From the NCBI GenBank assembly GCA_028826165.1, contig JAPDFW010000070.1:1240001-1304000 (forward strand): DNA of 64,000 bases, in the 5' to 3' direction. The translations under genes and the position numbers were made by a program. This document shows, in pieces, positions 11,675-23,326 of the stretch. A model generated the notes under the pieces. It did not search any database, had not been told where the DNA came from, and saw only the letters and a program-made list of their open reading frames with translations. Position 1 is the first letter of the stretch; every line of letters begins with the position of its first letter. The DNA is from Anaeramoeba ignava BMAN (Eukaryota; Protista; Anaeramoebae).

Positions 11675-14600
11675 ATGTCTTCAATTTTATTTATTCTTGA
11701 TTTAGATTCTTTTCAAAATTATTCAACAAAATTTTTTAAAATTAAAAATATAATAGAAAGAATTTTAATTTTATTTGATAAAAAAAGCTTAAATTTACAA
11801 TGGGCGTATTTATTATTTTAATTAAAAATAAATTCAAAAAATAATTTTTTTTTTTAATTTATTATTTTAATAAAAAAAAATTTCCAAGATTACAAATTGT
11901 TTCTTCCAAAAAATCATCTATAGAATATGTTTCTCGAAGAAATTTTTATCCTTTTAATATTAAATCATTGGATTTGTTGTCTTCATTATTTTTGAATTTA
12001 GAAAATGAAAATCAATTTGAAAATGAAAATCAAAATCAAAATCAAAATCAAAATCAAAATCAAAATCAAAATCAAAATCAAAATCAAAATCAAAATCAAA
12101 ATCAAAATCAAAATCTAAATCTAAATCTAAATCAAAATCAAAATCAAAATCAAAATGAAAATCAAAATCAAAATCAAAATCAATTTGAAAATCAATTTGA
12201 AAATCAATTTGAAAATCAAAATCAAAATCAAAATCAAAATCAAAATCAAAATCAAAATCAAAATCAAAATCAAAATCAAAATCAAAATCAAAATCAAAAT
12301 CAAAATCAAAATCAAAATCAAAATCAAAATCAAAATCAAAATGAAAATCAAAATGAAAATCTAAATCTAAATCAAAATCAAAATCAAAATCAAAATAAAA
12401 ATCAAAATCAAAATCAAAATCAAAATCAAAATCTAAATCAAAATCAAAATCAAAATCAAAATCAAAATCAAAATCAAAATCAAAATCAAAATCAAAATCA
12501 AAATCAAAATGAAAGAAAATCAAAATCAAAATCAAAATCAAAATCAAAATGAAAATCTAAATCAAAATCAAAATCAAAATCAAATTCAAAATATAAATCA
12601 AATTCAAAATCAAAATAAAAATCAAAATCAAAATAAAAATCAAAATATAAATCAAAATCAAAATCAATTTGAAATTAATCTAATCGAAGAAATTGAAAAT
12701 CAAATAAATCTTTCTCTTTCCCAAAATTATCATAATCAAATAAATATATCAAACCTTGATCAAATTCAAATTCCTAATTCTAATCAATCACAAGAAATTG
12801 AAAACCAATTTTTAGATTTAATTAAAAAAAATCATACAATCAAAAAATTAGAAACTCAATATATTAATTTCAATCAAAAAATCAAAGAAATTAAAAATCA
12901 ATATAATTCCATAAATCAAAAAATTAAAGAATTTCAAAATTATTTCCTCAATTTAAATCAAAATTCAAAAGAAATTGAAGATGATATTAATTATTATCAA
13001 AATTTTCAACAATTTCAAAATCAAATTGATAATTATAACAAAAAATTTGAAGAAATTGAAAATCAAAATCTGGAACAAAAACCAAAAATGGAAATTGAAA
13101 ATCAAGAAAAAAATACATATGAAAAAAATTTCCACAATTTCTTTTTAAATCAAATCTTTAATTTGAAAATTCAACAACAAGAAAACGAACAAAAGCAAAA
13201 AACAATGATTGAAAATCTTAAAAAAATTTTACATGATTATTCTTGGGAAAATATAGAACAAAATGAAAGTCATATTTTCCAAGATTCTAAAAAGGATAGA
13301 TTAGAAAATAATCCGATAAGAAACAATCAAATCATTTATATTATTGATGATCTCCATATTTTTCTATTTTCAAAAAGCAAAATATTATCATCTCTTCAAA
13401 CACAACTCCAAAATAAAAATATCTCAATTAATTTATTAATATTTACTCACACTCCTTTTGGAAATTTATCATTTACAAAATCTCAAATTAAACAAGCACG
13501 AAAAAATTTGAAAAAAACTCAAGGAAAAATTATTTTTATAGATGATCTCTTTATAATATCCGAATTAGTTCCAATATCTTCATCACTTGAATATCATTTC
13601 CAATCAAAAAAATCATTTAGTCATCATAAGAATAAATTTAGACTTCATTTTTTGAATATAAAAAATGAACCACTTTTCTCTTGTTCTCTAATAATGAATG
13701 AATCAGACTTAAAACTCTCAGAAAAATTCGATTTAAACGTCAAAATATATTCAGCTTTATCTTCGTTTAAAATTCAAGAATTTATTCGAAACAAATTTGA
13801 AATTAATCCATTAAATTTTTCAAGAATTTTTTTCTGTCAAGTTTCAATTAAAAATATCCCATTTTTAACTACTCTTGCAAAAAATAATTTAGTACTTTTT
13901 GGAATAATGAATAACTTTCATTCATTTATTGTTGTCTTTGAACCATTAACTATGTTTATTGGCAAAGTTACATTATATTCTTTACAAAATGAAAAAATAT
14001 TAAATGATTTTCTAAATTCCAAAAATCAAATTAGTTATGATTATCTATATTTTGAAGAAGAAGAAAAAGAAAAAGTTAATGAAGAATCCAATTCAATAAA
14101 ATCATTTATTTTTCATCAAGAAATATTTTTTACTTATCAACAGATTTATAAGCATTTTGATGAACAAGAAATGGAAATAGAAAATGAAAAAAAATCAATT
14201 CCAGAATTTAAATTATTAGAGGATATATTCCTTTCTTTTCAAAATCCTATTAAATTTGAAAATGAAAATCAAAATGTAAATAAAATTAACAATTTTTTAG
14301 ATGATCAATTTATGAAATATTTGAAAGAATTAAATGAAAATCAAAATTTAAATGAAAATCAAAATGAAAATCAAAATCAAAATCAAAATGAAAATGAAAA
14401 TGAAAATCAAAATCAAAATTTAAATCAAAATTTAAATCAAAATGAAAATCAAAATCAAAATCAAACAATCATAATAATTTTGAAAGAAATTAAATCTTTA
14501 AAACAAAAATATAAAGAATTTTTATCAGAAAAAAAACCAAACAAACCTTTATTTATTTCTCCATTAACAAAAATGATAACATATAAAATCATGGAAACAA

Positions 14601-15550
14601 AAGATTTGATAACAAGACAAAAATATATTCAAAATTTTGTGAATTACATTTCTAAAAATTTAATAATTCCTCCAAAAAAATTAAGGAATAAATATAAAAA
14701 ATTAACAATTATTTCAACAAAAAAAGATTCAACAAAAAATATTAATGAAATTGTTCAAAAAAAAATTGTAGAATATCAACTTCAAATTCTATTCAGATTT
14801 GATTTAATTAAATTTCGTTTATTACAAAATCCAAAATTAATTGAGACAAACAATCAATTCATTTCAAAATTAGTTCAAGAAATGATTGATCTTATTGAAG
14901 ACTTTTCTTTTTTAATAGATTTTGAAGAAGAAAAAACTGGATTATCTTCTTTTATTTTTCATCTTAGATCTATTTATATTGAAAATGAATTTAATTCAAT
15001 TTTCTCTCAAATTTCAGAATATTTTAATTTAACTTTTGTCTCAACAATTCAATCAAAAATTGAAGAATCAAAAATTGAAGAATCAAAAATTAAAGAATCA
15101 AAAATTGAAGAATCAAAAATTAAAGAACCTAAAATTAAAGAATCAAAAATTAAAGAACCAAAAATTAAAGAATCAAAAATTAAAGAACCAAAAATTAAAG
15201 AACCTAAAATTAAAGAATCAAAAATTAAAGAACCAAAAATTAAAGAATCTAAAATTAAAGAATCAAAAATTCCCAATTCAAAAATTAAAGAATCAAAAAT
15301 TGAAGAATCTAAAATTGAAGAATCAAAAATTAAAGAATCAAAAATTAAAGAATCTAAAATTCCCAATTCAAAAATTCAATCAAAAATCCAAAAATCAAAT
15401 CTCAATTTACAAAAATTAATCAATTCAAATTTATTTGTTCAAAAAACTATATCATTTTCAAAATTTAAAAATAATTATAAATCAAATTCACCTGAAAAAT
15501 CAAAAAAAGAAAAAGAAAAATCAAAAAAGAAAAAGAAAAAGAAAAAGTGA
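11675..15550 (+). CDS. TICRR: Treslin/TICRR/Sld3-like replication-initiation factor; intron 11806-11888; frameshift in NQ tract ~12510; true C-terminus uncertain
   Basis: Spliced N-terminus [11 protein letters not shown]...ILILF...LQWA-LQIVSS resembles the Treslin N-terminal domain. [15 protein letters not shown]...[12 protein letters not shown]...LSSFI..LRSIY resembles the Sld3/Treslin domain. Confidence 0.6.
15050..15390 (+). repeat. 15-bp coding minisatellite encoding (K/E)E(S/P)KI, about 22 units
   Basis: Directly visible tandem aaaattaaagaatca-type units. Confidence 0.9.
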
Positions 15551-15830
15551 AAAAATCCAAAAGTCAAAAACTGTCAAAGTTATTTGTTCAAAAACTATAT
15601 CATTTTCAAAATTTAAAAATAATTTTAAATAGAAAAATCAAAATGAAAAAGAAAAATCAAGAAAAAGAAAACCAAATAATTTTAAATAGAATGCCAATGT
15701 CAATTTTTTTTTTTAAATTAAATTTTAAAATAAATTGGTTATCAATGTCATTTATTTTATCATTTATTTTTTATTTTTAATTTTTAATTTTTAATTTTTA
15801 ATTTTCAATTTTTAATTTTCAAAAAAAAAA

Positions 15831-17489
15831 ATGGAAAAAGATGAAGAAAAAGAATTTAATCAAGAAAAGCAAAAAATATTCAAAGAATTTAATGAATTTA
15901 AAAAAAAAGAAGAACAAATTGTGGAACAAGAAAAATTAATTGAAAAAAAATTGGAATCTTTTGAATCAGAATCTTTAATTCATAAATCTAAAATAAAAAG
16001 AATGAAAAAAAAAGAAAAAGAACTTGAAAAAATTCAATTAGAAAATCAAAAAGAAATTGAAAAAATTAAAAATGAATTTATAAAAACAAATCAAAAAAAA
16101 AATCAATTAATAAAATCTTTGAAAAATTTCCAATCAAATGAATCATTTCTTGAAAAAGTTCTTGAAAAAACAAATGGAGAATATGATAATGTAGCTAAAT
16201 TACTTTCTAGATATAAAACTCTTAAAATATCAAAAGATGAATTAGAAAATGAATTGAATGAAGCTTTAAAATTATTAGATGAGAAAAATTTAAAACTTTC
16301 TAATTTAAAAGGAGTAATATTTTATTTTAGAATAGATTTAAAATATTTATTTAAAATATTTATTTGGATTTGATTTAAAATATTGATTTAAAATATTTAT
16401 TTAAAATATTTATTTAAAATATTAATTTAAAATATTTATTTAAAATATTGATTTAAAATATTGATTTGGATTTGATTTGAAATATTTATTTAAAATATTG
16501 ATTTAAAATATTAATTTGGATTTGATTTGAAATATTTATTTGGATTTGATTTAAAATATTTATTTAAAATATTTATTTAAAATATTAATTTAAAATATTG
16601 ATTTAAAATATTTATTTAAAATATTTATTTGGATTTGATTTAAAATATTTATTTGGATTTGATTTAAAATATTGAGATTTAAAATATTTATTTAAAATAT
16701 TTATTTAAAATATTTATTTAAAATATTGATTTAAAATATTTATTTGGATTTGATTTAAAATATTTATTTAAAATATTTATTTAAAATATTGATTTGGATT
16801 TGATTTAAAATATTTATTTAAAATATTGATTTAAAATATTAATTTGGATTTGATTTAAAATATTTATTTAAAATATTGATTTAAAATATTTATTTAAAAT
16901 ATTTATTTGGATTTGATTTAAAATATTTATTTAAAATATTAATTTAAAATATTAATTTAAAATATTTATTTAAAATATTAATTTAAATTTGATTTAAAAT
17001 ATTTATTTAAAATATTTATTTAAAATATTAATTTGGATTTGATTTAAATATTTAAATATTTGAAGCAATTTGAAGAATCAAGAATTATGATGCAAAGAGA
17101 TCTTTTAACAAAGAAAAACCAATTAAATGAACAAAAAAAAGTTGTAGAAAATGAAAATTTAATTCTTGAAAAAATGAAGAAAACAAAAGAAGAAAAAATG
17201 GAAAATTTCATTTCTATCAAATTAGCAATAAGTAATTTACAAGAAAGAATAATGAATTTTTCTAAACTTTTGTTTATTCCATCAAATACATTAGAAATAC
17301 AAAAAATTTCTAAATTAAAACAAATAATAAATTGATCTTGAAGAAGTTGAAAAAAAATTATCAAAACAAATTCAAGAAGAAAATTTAGCTAAAAAAGAAT
17401 TAAAAGAAAAAGAAGAGAAAAGAATAGAAGAATTAAAAGAAGAAATGAGATTGAAAGGAATAGAAAAGAAAAACATGAGTGATAATTGA
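15831..17489 (+). CDS. Coiled-coil protein of CCDC42/CFAP73 (DUF4200) type; intron 16314-17065; apparent frameshift ~17330
   Basis: Long coiled coil with FLEKVLE...EYDNVAKLLSRYKTL. Phase-0 GT..AAG intron filled with a 12-bp TTTAAAATATT(T/G) repeat. An alternative frame continues IDLEEVEKKL... to TGA at 17487-17489. Confidence 0.55.
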
Positions 17490-17567
17490 ATAAGAATGAA
17501 TAAGAGAAGAAAAAAAGGAAAAAATTTCATTTTTTTTTTTCATTTTTTTTTTCATTTTTTTTTTAAA

Positions 17568-18830
17568 ATGCCACAAAATGAATTTATTGAATTAAGAAGA
17601 AAAAGATACGGTTATAGATTCGATTATTTTGAAAGAATGAGAAAAAAGAAAGCAAGAGAAGGACATCGTAGAGCATCTTTTGCAAAAAAAGTACATGGAC
17701 TTCGAGCAAAACTTTATCACAAAAAAAGATACACAGAAAAAGTTGAAATGCAAAAGAAAATTAAAATGCATGAAGAAAGAAAAAATAAACAGAAAGTTTT
17801 AGATTCAGTTCCTGAAGGCGCTGTTCCTGCTTATTTACTTGACCGTGAAAATGTTTCTCATGCAAAAATTTTAAGTCAAACTATTAAACAAAAAAGAAAA
17901 GAAAAAGCTGGAAAATGGAATGTTCCTATTCCAAAAGTTAAACCTATAAGTGATGATGAGATGTTTAGAGTTATTAGAACTGGAAAAAGAAAAAGTAAAA
18001 GAACAAAACAAATTTATTATTTAATATTTAATTTAATATTTAATATTTATTTAATATTTAATATTTAATATTTAATTTAATATTTAATTTTTAATTTAAT
18101 ATTTATTATTTAATATTTTAATATTTTTATATTTAATATTTAATTATTTAATATTTAATATTTAATATTTAATATTTTAATATTTAATTTAATATTTAAT
18201 ATTTATTATTTAATATTTAATTTAATATTTAATATTTAATATTTAATATTTAATATTTATTTATTATTTATTTTAATTTATTTAATTTATTTAATTTTAA
18301 TATTTAATTTAATAAAAAAAAGAAAAACAATGGAAAAGAATGGTAACAAAAGCTACATTTGTTGGTGATGGATTTACAAGAAAACCACCTAAATATGAAC
18401 GATTTATTCGACCAATGGCTCTTAGATTTAAAAAAGCACATGTTGTTCATCCTGAACTTAAAACTACTTTTTATTTAGATATTCTTAGAGTTAAAAAAAA
18501 TCCATCAGGTCCATTATATACTTCTCTTGGTGTAGTCACAAAAGGAACAATTATAGAGGTTAATGTTAGTGATCTTGGATTGGTTACACCTTCAGGAAAA
18601 GTTATTTGGGGAAAATATGCTCAAGTAATTTTTTAAAATTTTTTTTTATCCGATTTTTAATTTTAATTATTTTTTATCCAATTTTAATTTTTTTTAGGTA
18701 ACAAATAATCCAGAAAATGATGGAGTTATAAATGCAGGTAAATTATATTTAAAAAAAATTTATATTTAAAAAAAATTTATATTTAAAAAAAATTTATATT
18801 TAAAAATTTATTTTAGTTTTACTTGTTTAA
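17568..18830 (+). CDS. NSA2: Ribosome biogenesis protein NSA2; exons 17568-17994, 18323-18624, 18698-18737, 18817-18830
   Basis: MPQNEFIE...GEGAVPAY-like [14 protein letters not shown]...[15 protein letters not shown]...[15 protein letters not shown]...[23 protein letters not shown]; all junctions are GT-AG and in frame. Confidence 0.97.
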
Positions 18831-19020
18831 ATCGCCATTTATTTTATCAAGATAGAAAGAAATTCATAAAAGAAATTCATAAAAGAAAACAAAAGATTAA
18901 ATTTCATTTCATTTCGGAAAAAAAAATATCAAAATAGAATTAAATAAAAAATCAAATAAAAAAAACAAATTTCTTTTAAATTTTTATTTTTAAATTTTAA
19001 AAAAAAAAAGCAAAAAAAAA

Positions 19021-19070
19021 TTTTTTTCATTTTTTCATTTTTCATTTTTCATTTTTTTAATTTTTATAAT
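19021..19070 (+). promoter_or_regulatory. Tandem TTTTCATTTT Inr-like core promoter element (representative instance)
   Basis: Four copies directly before the AP5B1 ATG; the same motif precedes most start codons in the window, on the gene's sense strand. Confidence 0.6.
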
Positions 19071-22000
19071 ATGGAAACTATTTGGAGTAAGAAATGGTGG
19101 TTAAATTTAATTGAATCTTTTAGATGGTCACCAGAAAAAAAGGCAGAATATTTATTAAATATAACAGATAAAGAAATAATTGATAATATTTTTCTTTCTT
19201 TAAAAAGTGGAGATGAAGTTTTAAAGATTAATTTACTCATTTTTTTCCAAGAAAACGTTCATTTTCTGACAAAAAAAGGTCAACTTTTTGAAGAAACTTA
19301 TAATTCATTTGATTCTCTTCTTCAAAGTGATGGTTCTAAATTTTTTAAATCTCAACTTCTTGTCACTTTAACTTATTTAATTATTCATTTGAATGCTAAA
19401 GAAAAATTTCCAACTTATTTTCAAAATTTTGTTCTTCTTCTTATTCAGAAAATGAATCCTAAATCAAATGAAGATGGAATTATTCGAGGAATGGTAAAAA
19501 TTAAAAATTAAAAATATAAATATAAATATAAATATAAATATAAATATAAATATAAATATAAATATAAATATAAATATAAATATAAATATAAATATAAATA
19601 TAAAATATATAAAATATAAATATAAATATATAAAATATAAATATAAAATATAAATATAAAATAAATATAAATATAAATATAAATATAAATATAAATATAA
19701 ATATAAATATAAATATAAATATAAATATAAAAATAAATATAAATATAAATATAAATATAAATATAAATATAAATATAAATATAAATATAAATATAAATAT
19801 TTAAAATAATATAAATATAAATATAAATATAAATATAAATATAAATATAAATATAAATATAAATATAAATATTTAAAATAATATAAATATCAATATAAAT
19901 ATAAATATAAATATTTAAAATAATATAAATATAAATATAAATATCAATATAAATATAAATATAAATATAAATATAAATATAAATATAAATATAAATATAA
20001 ATATAAATAAAAATAATATAAAATAAATATAAATATAAATATAAATATAAATATTTAAATATAAATATAAATAGGCTTGCCAATGCTTGAATGAATTAGA
20101 AGAATTTTATCCTTTATTATTAGCAGATTTAACTCAAAGCTTATTTGATTTAATCACAAACGAATTTACAATTAATTTTCAAGCTTATACATTACTATTT
20201 GCAAAGATCTTTAACCATCAATTTTGTGAATATTTCCAAACAAAAATGAACGAATTTTCTCCAGATAAAGAAAATAAAACTAAAGATAATAACATTTCTA
20301 TTGAACAAATGCAACTCAATCGAGAGGAAATTATTCATACCAAAAAATTTGATTTTGAATCTTTTCAAGTTCCTTTAGAAAACTTCATTGAAAAGAAAAT
20401 TTACAAATTAATTGAATCATTCACAGTTAAAAATAGTAAATCAGAAATTTTTGTAATAGAAAAACTTAAGAAAGAAAAGGAAATTGGAAGTTTTATGTCT
20501 CAAACAACAAAATATTGGGATTTCTTGATACAAAACATCCCAAATTTCAATGATTTAGGAATTGTTTATTTATTACCTACTTTATTGTTTCTTGCTTTGT
20601 TTGGAACAAAAAGACAAGATTTTTTAATTGAAAATTTAATGAGTTTGTTGTTTTATCATTCATCACCTCATGTAATTTATCATATTACTTTAGTTCATTT
20701 TATCATTCAAACTCTTCATTCAAATGACCAAAATTGGAATTCAAAATTATTCATTAAACTTCAATCAACTATTTTATCAAGATTATTTTCAATGGTTAAT
20801 TCAAATTTCATGTTTGTTATCATCAATAAGAAAAACAACAAGAAAAACAAATTCAAAAAAATAATAACTTTTTTTTGTTTAATATTCATTACTTATTTTT
20901 CCTCAAAAAAACAAAATTAATTAGAAGCACAAATTTTCAAGTAATTTTTCTTGATTTGATTCAAGATTCTCAATTATTTGGATGGAAAAATGTCGCAGAA
21001 TTTTTACAACAACACTTACAATTGATTTACCCACAATTTTTTGATAATTTTGAAGTTCAAAGAAAGAAATTGTTTTTATTTAATCAAAGTTTCCAACCGA
21101 AACCAATGAATTTTCAACCTCAAAAAACGCATCTTGATATTCTCGCATGTTTCCAAGAATTTAAATATCTCAATCCTCAACACAAAATCACAAAAGCAGT
21201 CTTTAGTTTTCTTGTTGATACTTATATTAAATTCCCAGAATTAGAAGAGAATATTCAACGTTTTTTTCGGGAATTATTGATTTTACATCCAAAATTTGCT
21301 GAAAATTGCATTGAATTTATTGAAGATTTAAAATCTGAAGAACAAAAATTAACAGATTCAAATTCCAATAACAATATCAATGATAACAATAATAACAATG
21401 ATAGTAATAATAACAACATAAATGAACTCAAAAATGGCAACAAAAATGGAAAGAAGAAAAAAAGCAATTCAATAAGAATCATTAAGTTTTTTGAAAAATT
21501 ACTAACAAAGCAAATTGATATCAAAAAATTCGGAAATTATTTTAATCTTGTAAACAGAATTCTTGCTGATCAAGAACTAGATCCAACAAGAATCATTGAA
21601 TCAACTTTGTTATTTGTGGAAAACATTGAGGAATATATTTACAACAAAAAACTCACACTTATTTATGGACAAATCATAATCGGAATTTGCAAGACAGCAA
21701 TATTAAATCATTCAGTTTCTCAAAATTTCTCAACGGTTGTTCATCTGTTGGAATTTTGCGCAAATTATTTCAACGATATTTCAATTCGAGAATCAGCAAA
21801 TTTCTACAAGAAATTGGTTTTACAAACAACTGGAGAAAAATTAAAGGGAATTCTAGATCCCGATTTAAATGCAAAAAGTTTTGTTGATATTCCTCAAAAA
21901 GAAAAATTGATACAAAAATCAATCAATCATTGTTTTTTGGAAATGGATTTTATCAAAAAAGTTGAGAAGGATCTTCCAAAACAACAAGTAGAAGATCCAC

Positions 22001-23264
22001 AAACACCACCAAAACCAATAGAAAATATTGATAAAACATCCGTGTTGGATATTTATAAACAAGAAATTGTGGAAAATCCTAAATCAAAAAACTTTTCACT
22101 AATTTACAAATTAACCTCCAAAACTGAGAAGAAAATTGATGAAGAAAATTATCCCAATTTCCATCAAATAATTCCAAACGAACTATTTGGAGTTGTATTT
22201 GATTTTTCAGAATCACCAGTTTATTTGCAAGTAAAACCGATTGAAATACCATTTATGAAAAAAAAATATTCTAATTTGGAAACAAAAATCACAGATCAAT
22301 TCCCATATACATATCAAGTTTCTATTGCTTTTTTCCCAAGATATCCTATTCCAGAAAAATTTGATATTCAGATTGTATTTAATGACAGCAAAGGTGAATT
22401 ATATAGTTCAAAAGTAGACTCTCTTCATGTTAATATTCATCATCTTTTCCAAGATCCAATTATCGATAAGTTTAATAATTTGAATTGGAAACATAATCAA
22501 ATTCTTGAAGTTTTGTTTGATTCTCTTTGGCAAAAATTCAAAAATAACCAACCATTATTTAGTTTTGAAGAAATTGAAAAAATTGGAGTTCAAGATTTGA
22601 AATTTGATAATTTAGAAAAAATTGAAGAAAAAGAAAAAGAAAATCAAAATGAAAAAGAAAAACAAAATCAAAATGAAAAACAAAAATCAAAAGAAAAGAA
22701 AAAGAAAATGAAAATGAAAATGAAAAAGAAAAAGAAAATCAAGAAGAAAAAGAAAATCAAAATGAAAATCAAAAAGAAAAAGAAAATGAAAATGAAAATC
22801 AAAATGAAAAAGAAAATGAAAAAGAAAATCAAAATCAAAAAGAAAAAGAAAATCAAAAAGAAAATCAAAAAGAAAATCAAAATCAAAAAGAAAATGAAAA
22901 GAAAAGAAAAAGAAAAAGAAAAGAAAATCAAAATCAAAAAGAAAATCAAAATGAAAAAGAAGTTCGTATTGAAAAATTTTTAAATCCAGTAAAATCACAT
23001 AAAACACTACATTTTGGAGGAGAATCAATGATAAAATGTTTGGAAAAAGTTCTTGGAAGATTTATTGTCAATTCAGATCAAATCAAGAAAGATAATGAAT
23101 CAAAAGAAAAAATATACAAAATAATGATTTTTCAACCGCCTCGTTTTCATTTACTTTTTAAATTTAATATTCAAGAGAAAAAAACATTAATTAAAATCAG
23201 AACAGATTTTTGGATTACTCTTCGTTTTCTTGATGAATTCTTTGATAATCAATTCATTCAATAA
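19071..23264 (+). CDS. AP5B1: AP-5 adaptor complex subunit beta-1; introns 19494-20074 and 20812-20924; frameshift in ENQ tract ~22690
   Basis: Spliced [20 protein letters not shown] and C-terminal [11 protein letters not shown]...[16 protein letters not shown] are typical AP5B1 motifs. Confidence 0.85.
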
Positions 23265-23326
23265 AAATTTAATCAAAAATTTTTTTCATTTTTTTCATTT
23301 TTTCATTTTTTCAATAAAAAATAAAA

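Noticed and set aside
5700-22700. Programmed frameshifting or non-canonical introns at NQ tracts (homeobox, VPS9, Treslin-like, AP5B1)
   Set aside because: Shifts sit in homopolymers or perfect repeats, with coding frames continuing on both sides and no consistent splice or slippery signal. Consensus indel errors are the simpler explanation.
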